Below the pieces are notes generated by a model. The model did not search any database, was not told where the DNA came from, and was given only the letters and a program-made list of their open reading frames with translations. From assembly GCA_023266095.1 (NCBI GenBank), contig JAHFRV010000001.1:1-62109 (forward strand): 62,109 nt of DNA, in the 5' to 3' direction. Positions 1 through 13,310 of this stretch are shown here, in pieces; position 1 is the stretch's first letter; the number at the start of each line of letters is the position of its first letter. A program made the translations under genes and the position numbers. Source of the DNA: Gammaproteobacteria bacterium. GTDB lineage: Bacteria; Pseudomonadota; Gammaproteobacteria; DRLM01.

Positions 1-2
1 GG

Positions 3-110
3 GGGGGGGGGGGCGGCACTGTTCCGGAACCCTCCACCTTACTGCTCCTGGGTGCGGGCTTGCTGGGTGTGGGTTTCGCGGGCAAACGCCAGCGCAAGCA
101 AACGCATTAA
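3..110 (+). CDS. C-terminal fragment of a PEP-CTERM sorting-domain protein (5'-truncated by window edge)
   Basis: Manual translation from nt 3: GGGGGT-VPEPSTLLLLGAGLLGVGFAG-KRQRKQTH*. This is a VPEP motif, a hydrophobic helix and a basic tail. Not in the ORF track. Confidence 0.9.
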   Translation, partial: GGGGGTVPEPSTLLLLGAGLLGVGFAGKRQRKQTH

Positions 111-126
111 GATTTGTTTACTTCTG

Positions 127-166
127 AAAAGAAAAAGCGGGCATTGCGCCCGCTTTTTCTTTTTTT
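127..166. terminator. Bidirectional rho-independent terminator
   Basis: AAAAGAAAAAGCGGGC-ATTGC-GCCCGCTTTTTCTTTTTTT: GC stem with A and T tracts on both sides, between the convergent PEP-CTERM gene and holA. Confidence 0.85.
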
Positions 167-288
167 CGGCTTGATGAAACTCACACTGTAATACGGGCGG
201 TAAATTGTCGTTTTCTCTAGGGATCATATTGATCCAACATTCCTATGGCGTCGCACCCGCCTTCATACCTGAAACATCACGCAGCTTA

Positions 289-1329
289 TCAACCCGCGGC
301 TTGCGCCCCACCCCGCTTAATCACCTCCACCCCCGCCAGCGCCAAGGTCAGTTGCAACAATTCATCCCACGCATCGCCCGCCGCCGCGCCTTTGATCACA
401 CGGTCCAGGTTGCCTGCCTGACCCAGCAGCGCTTGACACGCGGCAAGCGGATGGCGTTTCAACGCGGCGCGTACGAGCGGTTGGCGCTTGTCCCATATTT
501 TGAAGTCGGCGAACACGCGGTCGACGGGTTGGCCTTGGGCGAGCGCGGCGCGCATCTGCGCCAAGCCGCGAATCTCGCGGCTGAGCGCCCATAATATCAA
601 CACCGGCTCTTCGCCTTCGCCGCGCAAACCGTGCAACACCCGCACGCAGGCGGCCGCGTCACCAGCCAGCGCGCGGTCCGCCAAGTCGTAGACGCTGTAT
701 CGCGCGCTGTCGGCCACCGCCGCGGCCACGTCATCCACTTCCAGCGGGCCGCTGCCATGCAGCAAGGCCAATTTTTCGATCTCTTGCGCGCAGGCCAGCA
801 GATTGCCCTCCACTCGCTCGGCCAGCAGCGCCGCCGCCTCGGCACTGGGCTGCAAGCCTTTGGCGCGCATCCGCGCGGTGATCCAGCCCGGCAACGCGCC
901 GCTTTCCACCGGCCAGATTTGTATCACCACGCCGGCCTGATCGAGGGCGCCGAACCACTTGGTGCGCTGGCTGTCTTTGTCGAGTTTGCCGCTGATCACC
1001 AACAGCACGTCGCCTGGCGGCAAGCGGGAGACATAGTCCATTAACACTTTGGAACCGGCGTCGCCGGGTTTGCCGCTGGGCAGACGCAGCTCAATCAAGC
1101 GTTGCTCGGCGAACAGCGACAAGTTATCGCGCGCCTCCAGCAAGTCTTGCCAATCGAAGCCGCTCTCGACATTGAACACCAGGCGTTCGCTGCAGCCGAC
1201 GGCGCGGGCCCGGGCGCGGATGGCGTCGCAGGACTCCGCCACCAGCAGCGGCTCATCACCGGTAACGAAGTAGACCGGCGCGAGGGCTTTGTTGAGGTGC
1301 GCGGCGAGTTGTTCGGGACGCAGCTTCAT
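289..1329 (-). CDS. holA: DNA polymerase III delta subunit
   Basis: MKLRPEQL...PVYFVTGDEPLL, LSLFAEQRLIELRLPSGKPG, EGNLLACAQEIEKL; canonical leuS-lptE-holA order. Confidence 0.97.
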   Translation of the reverse strand: MKLRPEQLAAHLNKALAPVYFVTGDEPLLVAESCDAIRARARAVGCSERLVFNVESGFDWQDLLEARDNLSLFAEQRLIELRLPSGKPGDAGSKVLMDYVSRLPPGDVLLVISGKLDKDSQRTKWFGALDQAGVVIQIWPVESGALPGWITARMRAKGLQPSAEAAALLAERVEGNLLACAQEIEKLALLHGSGPLEVDDVAAAVADSARYSVYDLADRALAGDAAACVRVLHGLRGEGEEPVLILWALSREIRGLAQMRAALAQGQPVDRVFADFKIWDKRQPLVRAALKRHPLAACQALLGQAGNLDRVIKGAAAGDAWDELLQLTLALAGVEVIKRGGAQAAG

Positions 1330-1838
1330 GGCGTCACCGGCAAGGAACGCAAGCGCTGCACGATCTGCCAGGCGGCTTCGCGGCGCATGTCTTTCACCAG
1401 GGCTTCCTGCTCAGCGTCTTTGCCCAGCACCTCGCTTTCGCTGAAACCGTAGCTGCGCACTTGACTCAAGGTCTCGGGACCGACGTGGACCTGGCCTTGG
1501 GTGTCTTCGATGGTGAAATCGGCGGCGTAATAAATTTCATATTCCTCCACCTTGCCGGTGGAACCCACCGACAGCACCCGGCGTTCACTGCGCTCACTCA
1601 CTACCCGCACCACCCACTGCGCCTCGGCAGGCGTCGCCACCACCATGCCACTCGCCGCGCGCACCCGCGCGCGCAATTCACCCTGCAAACCGCCCGCCTC
1701 ACCAGTGATGGCGATAGGCGGCAGAGGCGCACCGCCATGGTCACTGCCACGCAGATGGAAACCGCAGGCGCTCAACATCGGCAATAAACAGCAAACCGCA
1801 AACCGCAAGAAAAAACTTTGCCGCCGCGGAACCGTCAT
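1326..1838 (-). CDS. lptE: LPS assembly lipoprotein LptE (start uncertain: 1838 or 1871)
   Basis: Lipobox LSAC-GFHLRG; stop overlaps the holA start; synteny. Confidence 0.93.
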   Translation of the reverse strand: MTVPRRQSFFLRFAVCCLLPMLSACGFHLRGSDHGGAPLPPIAITGEAGGLQGELRARVRAASGMVVATPAEAQWVVRVVSERSERRVLSVGSTGKVEEYEIYYAADFTIEDTQGQVHVGPETLSQVRSYGFSESEVLGKDAEQEALVKDMRREAAWQIVQRLRSLPVTP

Positions 1839-2028
1839 TTTTAGCTGTGCGTTTATCACTGCTGTTTCCATTATCAAATCATCGTGACATAAGATCGGCT
1901 TATTACCTCCGCGCAATCTCTGATGAAAAGCAGATTACCCTCTCCTCTATCGGCGGCACCCCCTCGCTTCGTTCTCCCCGTCAACGGAGAGGGGATAGCT
2001 TCACATGGACCTTCAATTCGTTATTGCT

Positions 2029-4770
<2,742 letters not shown>

Positions 4771-4833
4771 TCAAACCCGACCCCGTTTAGGCCACACTAA
4801 CCCCAGGCCCATCACGCAATAGGAAGAGCCACC

Positions 4834-5361
4834 ATGTCACCTCACACGCCTCACCCCAGCCAAGGCGAAAAACTGCTCCACGCCTACAATCGGATGATGG
4901 AACGGGTCAAAGACCTGCTGGAGCAGACCGGCCATAAAACCGCGCCCATGCTCAAAACCAGTATCGATAAGGCCAAAGCGACCGCGGTGGAACTCGGCGA
5001 ACTGACCCGCGACGAGGCAGAGCTGATCGGCGCCTACTTGCGCCGCGACCTCGAAGACGCTGGTGAGTACTTGGCGGAGACCGGCAACGAAGTCAAAGAC
5101 TGGTTTCACTTCGACATGGAGCTGATCGAAGACCGCTTGCTGGAGATGTTCACCGCCGCCGCCGATCAAACCAAACTGGCTTTGCTGCAATGGGCGCAGC
5201 GCGCCCAGCACGCCGCCGAATATCACAGCGGCGAAATCACCACCGTCGGCAGCCTGCAATGCGCCAATTGCGGCGAGGTGTTGCACTTCCACGCCACCGG
5301 TCACATTCCGCCGTGCCCCCAGTGTCATGGGGCGCGGTTCGTGCGCAAGGGGTGGAAATGA
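4834..5361 (+). CDS. Zinc-ribbon protein, DUF1451/YbeL-like
   Basis: Helical N-terminus (AYLRRDL) and C-terminal YHSGE...CANC...PPCPQC; divergent from leuS like enterobacterial ybeL. Confidence 0.8.
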   Translation: MSPHTPHPSQGEKLLHAYNRMMERVKDLLEQTGHKTAPMLKTSIDKAKATAVELGELTRDEAELIGAYLRRDLEDAGEYLAETGNEVKDWFHFDMELIEDRLLEMFTAAADQTKLALLQWAQRAQHAAEYHSGEITTVGSLQCANCGEVLHFHATGHIPPCPQCHGARFVRKGWK

Positions 5362-5398
5362 ATTTGCACAATGCTCACGTGAGCCAGGTGTTTAACCA

Positions 5399-5872
5399 AT
5401 GAAATCCAATAAAATTGCCATGATCGCCATTTTGCTCTGGGTTATTACCCTTGCCGTCTTTGCCTGGTTTTTCGTGCGCGGCACTACCGTGGTGGGAACG
5501 GATAATCGCACGGCGGTGGTGCTTAAGGCCGATGAGCGGAATTTGATTCTGCAGGAGATGCGCGGCCTGTTAGCGGCGACTCATGGAATCCTGGAAGGCA
5601 TCACACAGGAAGACAGGGATCAAATCATTCAATCCGCCCGCTCGGCGGGTATGGCGTCCGCGGCCGATGCAAACCCGGCGCTCATGGCGAAACTACCGCT
5701 GCCGTTTAAAACACTGGGCATGAGCGTTCATCAAGATATGGATGAACTCACCCAAGTCGCGGAAAGCGGCCAAGCCACGCCGGCACTTTTGAAGATGCTC
5801 ACCGGCACCCTGGCAAAATGTGTCGCTTGCCACGCTGCATGGCAGCTTAAAGTTGGAGATTCGTCGGAGTGA
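5399..5872 (+). CDS. Membrane-anchored class II (c'-like) monoheme cytochrome c
   Basis: N-terminal TM helix, helical body, single CVACH heme motif near the C-terminus. Confidence 0.75.
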   Translation: MKSNKIAMIAILLWVITLAVFAWFFVRGTTVVGTDNRTAVVLKADERNLILQEMRGLLAATHGILEGITQEDRDQIIQSARSAGMASAADANPALMAKLPLPFKTLGMSVHQDMDELTQVAESGQATPALLKMLTGTLAKCVACHAAWQLKVGDSSE

Positions 5873-5914
5873 AGGCAAGCAACGCGCGTCAGGCGGATGG
5901 GTAGGGCTGTTCTC

Positions 5915-7465
5915 CTATCGAGGTTTCACACGGCGCAATATCAGCCATCCACCCACCATAATAATCAACACCGCCGTCACCACCGGCATATTGCCGAAAC
6001 GCCCGTAGGGCGTCAGGCCTTGCATGGGTTGCACGGTGTCGTGCAGGGCATAGACCTCGAATTGCGGCGCCTGTGACAACACCCGGCCGCGTTCGTCCAT
6101 CACCGCGGTCAGGCCGGTGTTGGTGGCGCGCAATAAAGGACGGCCTGCTTCCAAGGCGCGCATGCGCGCCATTTGCAAATGCTGTTGCGGGGCGATGGAG
6201 TGGCCGAACCAGGCGTCGTTGGTGACGTTGACCAATAACGTCGCCTCGGGCAAGGCCTCGATGGTTTCCTCGCCGAAGGCATCTTCATAACAAATGGAAA
6301 TTCCAACGCGCTGACCGGCCACGGCCAAGGGCGCCGCGTTGTCACCCGCGCTGAAATCCGACATGGGCACCTGCATGAACTTCACGAGGCCGCCCAGCAC
6401 GCCCTCCAAGGGCAAATACTCGGTGAACGGCACGAGATGGCGTTTGTGATAAAACTGCCGCGGCGTCGCGCCGCCGACACTGACCACGCTGTTGTAATAC
6501 GGCCCGTCATTGGGCTCTTGATAAATCACGCCCATCAATAAGGCGCTGCCATGCTGGTTGGCCTCGGCGGCGAGGCTATCGAAAAAATCCGCGACCTCGT
6601 GGTAGAGCGCCGGCACCGCCGTCTCCGGCCAGACGATGAGATCGCTGTCCCAACTCGCGCGGGTGAGGTTGGTGTAGAGCTCCAGCGTGGGATCACGCAG
6701 ATCCCACAGCCATTTCAGATCCTGCGGGATATTGCCCTGTAACAAGCTGACCTTGAGCGGCTGGCCGATGGGTTGCACCCACGACAGGTTATTGAGCGCC
6801 ACGGCGCCGCCCCACACGATAGCCAAACCCAGTGCGGCGGCGCTCCGCCAGACCCAGCCGCCGCATAACAGCAATACCAGCCATCCCGCGCTCAAGGCCG
6901 CGGCGAGCGAGACGCCATACACACCTAACACCGGCGCAATCCCGGCGAGCGGGCCGTCGATTTGACTGTAGCCCAGCGCCAACCACGGAAAGCCGGTGAA
7001 AAACCAGCCGCGCACCCATTCCCACAAAACCCAGCCCACCGGAAACAACAGCAGTAATTTGAGTCGCTGCGCGGCGGGATGCGGCCACGGCAAGAGGCGG
7101 GCAAGGCCATAGCCCAGCACTGCGGGAAACAGCGATAAAAACAGCACAAAAACGCTGGTGAGGAATAGCGACATCGCCAAACCGACGCCGCCGTTTTCGT
7201 ACATGCTGACGAACACCCAACTGACGCCGACGCCGAACATTCCCACACCAAACAGATAACCGCGCACCAAGGCCTGCCGCGGCGAGACCTGCAACCACAG
7301 GGCGAATAACAACGCGGGTGCCAACACCGCCAAGAATATGAAATCGAAAGGCGCGTATGCCAAAGGCAATATCGCACCCGCCAGCAAGGCAAGGAGGTGA
7401 CCCCGCCATCCACCATGCAACAGCGCGGCGATTCCCCGGCCGGGCGAGGGCGTGACAACATTCAT
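5915..7465 (-). CDS. lnt: Apolipoprotein N-acyltransferase (start approximate)
   Basis: TGFPW, QGNIPQDLKW, WPETA, YHKRHLVPFTE, ICYEDAF, NDAWFG. Confidence 0.97.
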   Translation of the reverse strand: MNVVTPSPGRGIAALLHGGWRGHLLALLAGAILPLAYAPFDFIFLAVLAPALLFALWLQVSPRQALVRGYLFGVGMFGVGVSWVFVSMYENGGVGLAMSLFLTSVFVLFLSLFPAVLGYGLARLLPWPHPAAQRLKLLLLFPVGWVLWEWVRGWFFTGFPWLALGYSQIDGPLAGIAPVLGVYGVSLAAALSAGWLVLLLCGGWVWRSAAALGLAIVWGGAVALNNLSWVQPIGQPLKVSLLQGNIPQDLKWLWDLRDPTLELYTNLTRASWDSDLIVWPETAVPALYHEVADFFDSLAAEANQHGSALLMGVIYQEPNDGPYYNSVVSVGGATPRQFYHKRHLVPFTEYLPLEGVLGGLVKFMQVPMSDFSAGDNAAPLAVAGQRVGISICYEDAFGEETIEALPEATLLVNVTNDAWFGHSIAPQQHLQMARMRALEAGRPLLRATNTGLTAVMDERGRVLSQAPQFEVYALHDTVQPMQGLTPYGRFGNMPVVTAVLIIMVGGWLILRRVKPR

Positions 7466-7709
7466 GGCTGATGGCATCTCAAGGCACACTGATGAGGACG
7501 ATCAATCCGGCGATGATATAAGGCTGAGTCAATTATTTCTTGTCACCGGCAACGGCACAGGGCACGGGTGAAATGTGTTCAGGTAATTCATCTCGGCCCA
7601 CGGCTAAAGGACCGCGTCCGTTACAGCAAAATTAATCATTACCGTGCCTGGCGAGTTACCGATGTCACCCCCATGAGTTTCAATACCAATCCGCCGCGCC
7701 CGGCCAAAT

Positions 7710-8594
7710 TCAAGGCTCAAGCTGGGTGGGTGAGGTTCCCGGCGCGCTTTGGCCGCGACGTTCCGTTACTTGCAGCAGATGAATGCGGCGGTTGTCGGCG
7801 TTGAGCACTTTGAAACGGAACCGGTCGAGATTGATGACTTCACCGCGGCGCGGCAGGCGGCCGAAACGATGCATCACTAAACCGCCGATGGTGTCGAATT
7901 CCTCGTCGCTGAACTCGCTTCGGAAATAGTCGTTGAACTCCTCGATGGGGGTGAGCGCCTTCACGGCGAAAACATTATCGTTATGACGCTTGATGTAGGT
8001 GTCTTCTTCGATGTCGTGTTCATCGACGATCTCGCCGACGATTTGTTCCAGCACGTCCTCGATGGTCACCAGGCCTGCCACTCCGCCATATTCGTCGACT
8101 ACGATGGCCATGTGGTTGCGGTTGGCGCGGAATTCCTTCAACAAGACATTGAGCCGTTTGCTTTCGGGGATGAATACCACGGGACGCAGGATGTCGCGCA
8201 CGTTGAAACGCTGTTCGCCGTCCGGTCCGAAATAGCCGAGCAAATCCTTCGCCAGAAAAACGCCGACTATCTCGTCACGGCTGTCGCCTATGACCGGGAA
8301 ACGCGAATGGGCCGACTCGGTGACCAGGGGCAGGATTTCCGGGAGGGTAGCATCGCGCTCGACGGTCACCATCTGCGCGCGGGGCACCATGATGTCACGC
8401 ACCTGCATTTCCGAGACTTGCAATACGCCTTCGATCATTCCCAAGGCGTCGGAGTCCAACAGCTCGCGCTGCTGGGCGTCACGCAATAAGGCCACCAGCT
8501 GCTCGCGGTCTTTGGGTTCGCCCAGCAGGGCGAGACTCAAACGATCTAACCACGAGCGCGGCGGTGCGCCGTTACTTGTGCGTTCTTCACTCAT
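7710..8594 (-). CDS. corC: HlyC/CorC family CBS-domain Mg/Co transport protein
   Basis: VRDIMVPR, HSRFPV, VVDEYGGVAGLVTIEDVLEQIVGEI, DTIGG. Confidence 0.95.
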   Translation of the reverse strand: MSEERTSNGAPPRSWLDRLSLALLGEPKDREQLVALLRDAQQRELLDSDALGMIEGVLQVSEMQVRDIMVPRAQMVTVERDATLPEILPLVTESAHSRFPVIGDSRDEIVGVFLAKDLLGYFGPDGEQRFNVRDILRPVVFIPESKRLNVLLKEFRANRNHMAIVVDEYGGVAGLVTIEDVLEQIVGEIVDEHDIEEDTYIKRHNDNVFAVKALTPIEEFNDYFRSEFSDEEFDTIGGLVMHRFGRLPRRGEVINLDRFRFKVLNADNRRIHLLQVTERRGQSAPGTSPTQLEP

Positions 8595-8872
8595 AAATCC
8601 CCAAGCCACTGCTACTTAATTCCACTCGACAAATACTGTTCATTACCTGGTCAACCGGTGCCGGCGCTCCGCATCGCTTACGGGTTGACGGCGCCTAACC
8701 GGAATCCGGCACCGGCTACCCGTTACATCCCGCACTTTTCTTAAAAGCCAGCGGTACAAATAAGGATGAATCACTCATGAATGCGTGTTCATCGCCTCCC
8801 TCGCTGCCCCTCTTCAATGAGGGGACGTATCATGCCGGTCTAAATAAAAGAGCCGGACTAAAAACATCGACA

Positions 8873-9361
8873 TCAGGCGGGGATCGCCGCACGCTCCGCC
8901 ACATAAGGATCAGAATAACCCAAGTCCTCCAGAATGCGCGCTTCCAGGCCTTCCATCTCGTCCGCTTCGGCAGGTGTTTCATGATCGTAACCGAGCAGGT
9001 GCAACGTGCCGTGCACCGTCATATGCGCCCAATGGGCCAGCACGGGCTTGTTCTGCTCGCGGGCTTCGCGCGCCACCACCGGCGCGCATATCACCACGTC
9101 GCCCAATAGCGGAATATCGAGTTCAACCGGACTATCTGAAGAAAATGACAGCACGTTGGTTGGGCCAGGCCGCTGGCGGTAGGTTTGGTTGAGCTCGCCG
9201 CCCTCGGCCTCGTCCACCACCCGGATACTCAGCTCTGCGGCCTCGCATTGACCGGCCAGGGCCGCCGCCACCCAGACTTCGAATTGCGCCGGCCCGGGCA
9301 TGCCCGGGCTGTTTTCCACGGCGTCATCGAGCGCATATTGCACATCGACGACGAGGTTCAT
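8873..9361 (-). CDS. ybeY: rRNA maturation endoribonuclease YbeY
   Basis: TNVLSF, LGDVVIC, HGTLHLLGYDH. Confidence 0.97.
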   Translation of the reverse strand: MNLVVDVQYALDDAVENSPGMPGPAQFEVWVAAALAGQCEAAELSIRVVDEAEGGELNQTYRQRPGPTNVLSFSSDSPVELDIPLLGDVVICAPVVAREAREQNKPVLAHWAHMTVHGTLHLLGYDHETPAEADEMEGLEARILEDLGYSDPYVAERAAIPA

Positions 9362-10359
9362 GGTCTGCGCTCGCCAGTCGAGCCGGCCTCGCGCTCCTCG
9401 AAGGCCTCGTAGGCCGTGACGATGCTTTGCACCAGCGGATGACGCACCACATCGGCGGCTTTGAAGAAGGTAAAGCTGATGCCGTCCACGTCCTTGAGCA
9501 CTTCCACCACATGGCGCAAGCCCGAAGGACGGCCGCGCGGCAGATCCACTTGGGTCACGTCGCCGGTGATCACCGCCTTGGAACCGAAGCCGATACGGGT
9601 GAGGAACATCTTCATCTGCTCGACGGTAGTGTTCTGCGCCTCGTCGAGAATGATGAAGGCGTCGTTAAGGGTGCGGCCGCGCATATAGGCCAGCGGCGCG
9701 ATTTCGATGATGTGGCGCTCCATCAATTTGGCGACCCGCTCGTAGCCCAGCATCTCGTACAATGCGTCGTATAAAGGCCGCAGATAGGGGTCGATCTTCT
9801 GTATCAAGTCACCGGGCAGAAAACCCAAGCGCTCGCCGGCCTCCACCGCGGGGCGGGTCAAGATCAGGCGACCCACTTTGTCTTGTTCCAGGGCTTGGAC
9901 CGCGGCGGCCACGGCGAGATAAGTCTTGCCGGTACCGGCCGGACCGACGCCGAAGCTGATGTCGTAATTGGCGATGCTTTGCAGATAACGTTGCTGATTG
10001 GGGCCGCGGCCGCTGACGATGCCGCGCCGCGTAGCGATGCCCACCACGTCGTTTTTGTCCGATACCAGCCGTGCCGGCGGGGGCTCAACACCCGCATGTT
10101 GCAAAGCCAGATGCACGCGGGCCGGCGTCAAACGGGTTTTGGCGGTTTCCGAATAGAGATATTTCAAGACGTCACCCGCCGCGCGTGCCGAACCGGCATC
10201 GCCGATGACCCGAAAACGATTGCCCCGGTTACTGACTTCCACACCCAAACGGCCTTCGACCTGACGTAGATGTTCATCGAACTGCCCGCACAAGTTGGCG
10301 AGGCGCTCGTTGTCAGCGGGTTCGAGGGTGAAATCGACTGAGTCGGCGTGAACGTTCAA
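9358..10359 (-). CDS. ybeZ: PhoH family ATPase
   Basis: GPAGTGKT, RPAVEAGERLGFLPG, YMRGRT, DEAQN. Confidence 0.96.
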   Translation of the reverse strand: MNVHADSVDFTLEPADNERLANLCGQFDEHLRQVEGRLGVEVSNRGNRFRVIGDAGSARAAGDVLKYLYSETAKTRLTPARVHLALQHAGVEPPPARLVSDKNDVVGIATRRGIVSGRGPNQQRYLQSIANYDISFGVGPAGTGKTYLAVAAAVQALEQDKVGRLILTRPAVEAGERLGFLPGDLIQKIDPYLRPLYDALYEMLGYERVAKLMERHIIEIAPLAYMRGRTLNDAFIILDEAQNTTVEQMKMFLTRIGFGSKAVITGDVTQVDLPRGRPSGLRHVVEVLKDVDGISFTFFKAADVVRHPLVQSIVTAYEAFEEREAGSTGERRP

Positions 10360-10443
10360 ATTTGAAATAGAAATAGTGACTTAAAAGTTAAGATAGTCGA
10401 AAACCGTCTTCGGCGCAACGCCGGGGACGGCCCGTCGCCCTGC

Positions 10444-11808
10444 CTAGCCATGAGCCGTTCGTCCATTCGCTCGTGTCTCGGCCGCGCCAAACCATTCTCC
10501 CCGCAAGGAATTGGACATGGTCTGGGTAATCCGCACGAAAACGAACTGACCCACCCAGCGGGTATCACCGGCGAAGTTCACCATCCGATTGTTTTCGGTA
10601 CGGCCGCATAGTTCGTGTGGATTTTTACGCGAAGGCCCTTCCACCAGTACGCGCTCCACGCTGCCGACCATGGCCTGACTGGTGGCGTCGGTCATCTCAC
10701 GGATCCGCCGCTGCAAGATCGCCAAACGATGCTTTTTGACTTCCATCGGCACGTCGTCGGGAAAACTGGCCGCCGGGGTGCCGGGGCGCGGGCTGTAAAT
10801 GAAGCTGAAGGAATTATCGAAACCTATCTCTTCGATGAGATCCATGGTGGCCTGAAAATCGGCGTCGTTCTCGCCGGGAAAGCCAATGATGAAATCGGAA
10901 GTCAGGCACAGATCGGGGCGCAAGGCGCGCAACTTGCGGATCTTGGCCTTGTATTCGAGCACGGTGTGGCCGCGCTTCATCGCCGCCAGAATCCGGTCCG
11001 AGCCGCTCTGAACCGGCAGGTGCAAATGGCTCACCAGTTGCGGGATCTCGGCATAGGCCTGGATCAGCCGCTCGGAGAATTCCACCGGATGGGAAGTGGT
11101 AAACCGGAGGCGCTCGATGCCGTCGATGGCGGCGAGATAGGTGATCAACAGCGCCAGGTCCGCCTCGGCGCCGTCGTGGGTGGCTCCGCGATAGGCGTTG
11201 ACGTTTTGTCCCAACAAAGTCACTTCCCGCACCCCCTGTTCGGCCAGCGCGGCGACTTCGGCGATCACGTCGTCGAAGGGCCGGCTCACCTCTTCGCCGC
11301 GGGTGTAGGGCACCACGCAGAACGTGCAGTATTTGCTGCAGCCTTCCATGATCGACACGAAGGCGGCGGGGCCTTCGGCGCGGGGCGCCGGCAGATGATC
11401 GAATTTTTCGATCTCGGGAAAGCTGATGTCCACCGCCGGACGGCGTTCGGTTTGCACTTGCGTCAGCATCTGCGGCAAACGATGCAGCGTCTGCGGACCG
11501 AACACCATATCGACATACGGCGCGCGACGGCGGATATTGTCGCCCTCCTGGCTGGCTACGCAACCGCCCACACCGATCACCAGGCCCGGCCGCAGCTCTT
11601 TCAGCTCCCGCCATTTGCCGAGCAGGGAAAACACTTTCTCTTCGGCCTTCTCACGCACTGAACAGGTGTTGAGCAGCAGTACGTCCGCCTCTTCGGCGGT
11701 GGCTACCACCTTCAGGCCATGAGACGCCGCTAATACCTCCGCCATTTTGGCGGAGTCGTACTCATTCATCTGGCAACCGTAGGTTTTGATGTATAGCGTT
11801 TTAGTCAT
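10444..11808 (-). CDS. miaB: tRNA-2-methylthio-N6-dimethylallyladenosine synthase
   Basis: [20 protein letters not shown], radical [12 protein letters not shown]-terminal TRAM domain. Confidence 0.98.
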   Translation of the reverse strand: MTKTLYIKTYGCQMNEYDSAKMAEVLAASHGLKVVATAEEADVLLLNTCSVREKAEEKVFSLLGKWRELKELRPGLVIGVGGCVASQEGDNIRRRAPYVDMVFGPQTLHRLPQMLTQVQTERRPAVDISFPEIEKFDHLPAPRAEGPAAFVSIMEGCSKYCTFCVVPYTRGEEVSRPFDDVIAEVAALAEQGVREVTLLGQNVNAYRGATHDGAEADLALLITYLAAIDGIERLRFTTSHPVEFSERLIQAYAEIPQLVSHLHLPVQSGSDRILAAMKRGHTVLEYKAKIRKLRALRPDLCLTSDFIIGFPGENDADFQATMDLIEEIGFDNSFSFIYSPRPGTPAASFPDDVPMEVKKHRLAILQRRIREMTDATSQAMVGSVERVLVEGPSRKNPHELCGRTENNRMVNFAGDTRWVGQFVFVRITQTMSNSLRGEWFGAAETRANGRTAHG

Positions 11809-11896
11809 GACCCAACTCGGAAAAGGGGCGATTAAAGTACTACTTCGCGGCATGCTTTTCCAGCCGCCGCCGCGGGCGCGGCGTAGGGCGAGTGTC

Positions 11897-13087
11897 TCAC
11901 GGCGGTTCGGAGCCGATCTTATGGATACTCAAATCCGCCCCGTAATATTCTTCCTCCTGAGTGAGCCGCAAACCGAAAAAAAGTTTGAAAGCCCCATAAA
12001 CCAACAAGCCGCCGAGCAGCGCAACCACCACGCCCAGCAAAGTGCCGATCAGCTGTGACAGCAAGCTGATACCGCCTATCCCGCCCAAGGCCGTCCCGCC
12101 GAAAATTCCTGCGGCGATACCGCCCCATACCCCGCACAGGCCATGCAGCGGCCACACACCCAGCACGTCGTCGATCCTCCATTTGTTCTGGGTCAAGGTA
12201 AAGGCCCACACGAACAAAGCACCCGCCACCGCGCCGGTCACCAAGGCCCCCACCGGGTGCATCAAATCGGAGCCGGCGCACACCGCCACCAAACCGGCCA
12301 GCGGCCCGTTATGCACGAAACCGGGATCGTTTCGTCCGACCAGCAAGGCCGCCAGCACGCCACCCGCCATCGCCATCAAGGAATTGATCGCCACCAATCC
12401 ATTGACCGCCTCCACACTCTGCGCCGACATGACATTGAAACCGAACCAACCCACCGTGAGTATCCACGCCCCCAAGGCCAGGAAAGGAATACTCGACGGG
12501 GGATGCGCCGACATCTGCCCGTCCTTGCCGTAACGGCCGTGCCGCGCGCCCAGCAACAGCACAGCGACCAAACCCAACCAGCCGCCCATGGCATGGACCA
12601 CCACCGAACCGGCGAAATCGTGGAAACGCGCACCGAATTGCGCCTCAAGCCAAGCTTGAACCCCAAAGTTACTGTTCCAGGCGATGCCTTCAAAGAAGGG
12701 ATAAACCAGTCCCACCAGCAGGGCCGTGGCCCCCAGCTGCGGGTAAAATTTGGCGCGCTCCGCGATGCCGCCGGAGATGATGGCGGGAATGGCGGCGGCG
12801 AAGGTCAGCAGGAAAAAGAACTTCACCAGATCATAGCCGCTCTTTTCCACCAGCGTGGGCGCACCAGTCAAAAAGGAAACCCCGTAGGCGACGCCGTAGC
12901 CGATAAAAAAATACGCCAGGGTCGACACGGCGAAGTCGGCGATGATCTTCACCAGCGCGTTGACTTGGTTCTTCTTGCGCACCGTACCCACCTCCAAAAA
13001 GGCGAAGCCGGCGTGCATGGCCAGCACCATGACCGCGCCCATCAAGATAAACAATACATCACCACCGGATTTAAACGCGTCCATCAT
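11897..13087 (-). CDS. amt: Ammonium transporter (Amt family)
   Basis: [43 protein letters not shown] (both channel His present); GGAG RBS. Confidence 0.95.
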   Translation of the reverse strand: MMDAFKSGGDVLFILMGAVMVLAMHAGFAFLEVGTVRKKNQVNALVKIIADFAVSTLAYFFIGYGVAYGVSFLTGAPTLVEKSGYDLVKFFFLLTFAAAIPAIISGGIAERAKFYPQLGATALLVGLVYPFFEGIAWNSNFGVQAWLEAQFGARFHDFAGSVVVHAMGGWLGLVAVLLLGARHGRYGKDGQMSAHPPSSIPFLALGAWILTVGWFGFNVMSAQSVEAVNGLVAINSLMAMAGGVLAALLVGRNDPGFVHNGPLAGLVAVCAGSDLMHPVGALVTGAVAGALFVWAFTLTQNKWRIDDVLGVWPLHGLCGVWGGIAAGIFGGTALGGIGGISLLSQLIGTLLGVVVALLGGLLVYGAFKLFFGLRLTQEEEYYGADLSIHKIGSEPP

Positions 13088-13118
13088 GTCTCCCTTTGAA
13101 CAGTTTTGCACAATAGCG

Positions 13119-13134
13119 AGCAATAAATGCACCA
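13119..13134 (-). promoter_or_regulatory. Putative sigma54 (-24/-12) promoter for amt
   Basis: Minus strand TGGTGCATTTATTGCT = GG-N10-GC, about 30 nt upstream of the start. Confidence 0.7.
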
Positions 13135-13151
13135 AAATAGACGATTATAAT

Positions 13152-13164
13152 TATCAATTAGTTA
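13152..13164 (+). promoter_or_regulatory. Putative IHF site
   Basis: TATCAATTAGTTA matches WATCAR-N4-TTR, in an AT-rich patch just upstream of the sigma54 site. Confidence 0.55.
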
Positions 13165-13196
13165 AACAATATCTCAGCGCTATAAACGCCCTGAAA

Positions 13197-13211
13197 GCAC
13201 CGTATAAGCGC
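13197..13211. promoter_or_regulatory. Putative NtrC-type enhancer site
   Basis: GCAC-CGTATAA-GCGC resembles GCAC-N7-GTGC, upstream of the IHF and sigma54 sites. Confidence 0.4.
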
Positions 13212-13294
13212 GATAAATACGCATAACGCTCTAGTTTGGGGCGGAACACGCCAAAAGCCCGCTTGGAAATTTGTGCTTGCCAAAAACAAAATTA

Positions 13295-13310
13295 CTGTAT
13301 AAAAATACAG
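13295..13310. promoter_or_regulatory. LexA (SOS) box
   Basis: CTGTATAAAAATACAG = CTGT-N8-ACAG, 17 nt upstream of the lexA ATG. Confidence 0.92.

Noticed and set aside
1938-1996. CCCTCTCC...GGAGAGGG REP-like palindrome between leuS and lptE
   Set aside because: Single degenerate copy in the window; cannot be supported as a repeat family.
8692-8730. attC-like GCCTAAC...GTTACAT
   Set aside because: Too short, second site does not fit GTTRRRY, no integrase or cassette array.
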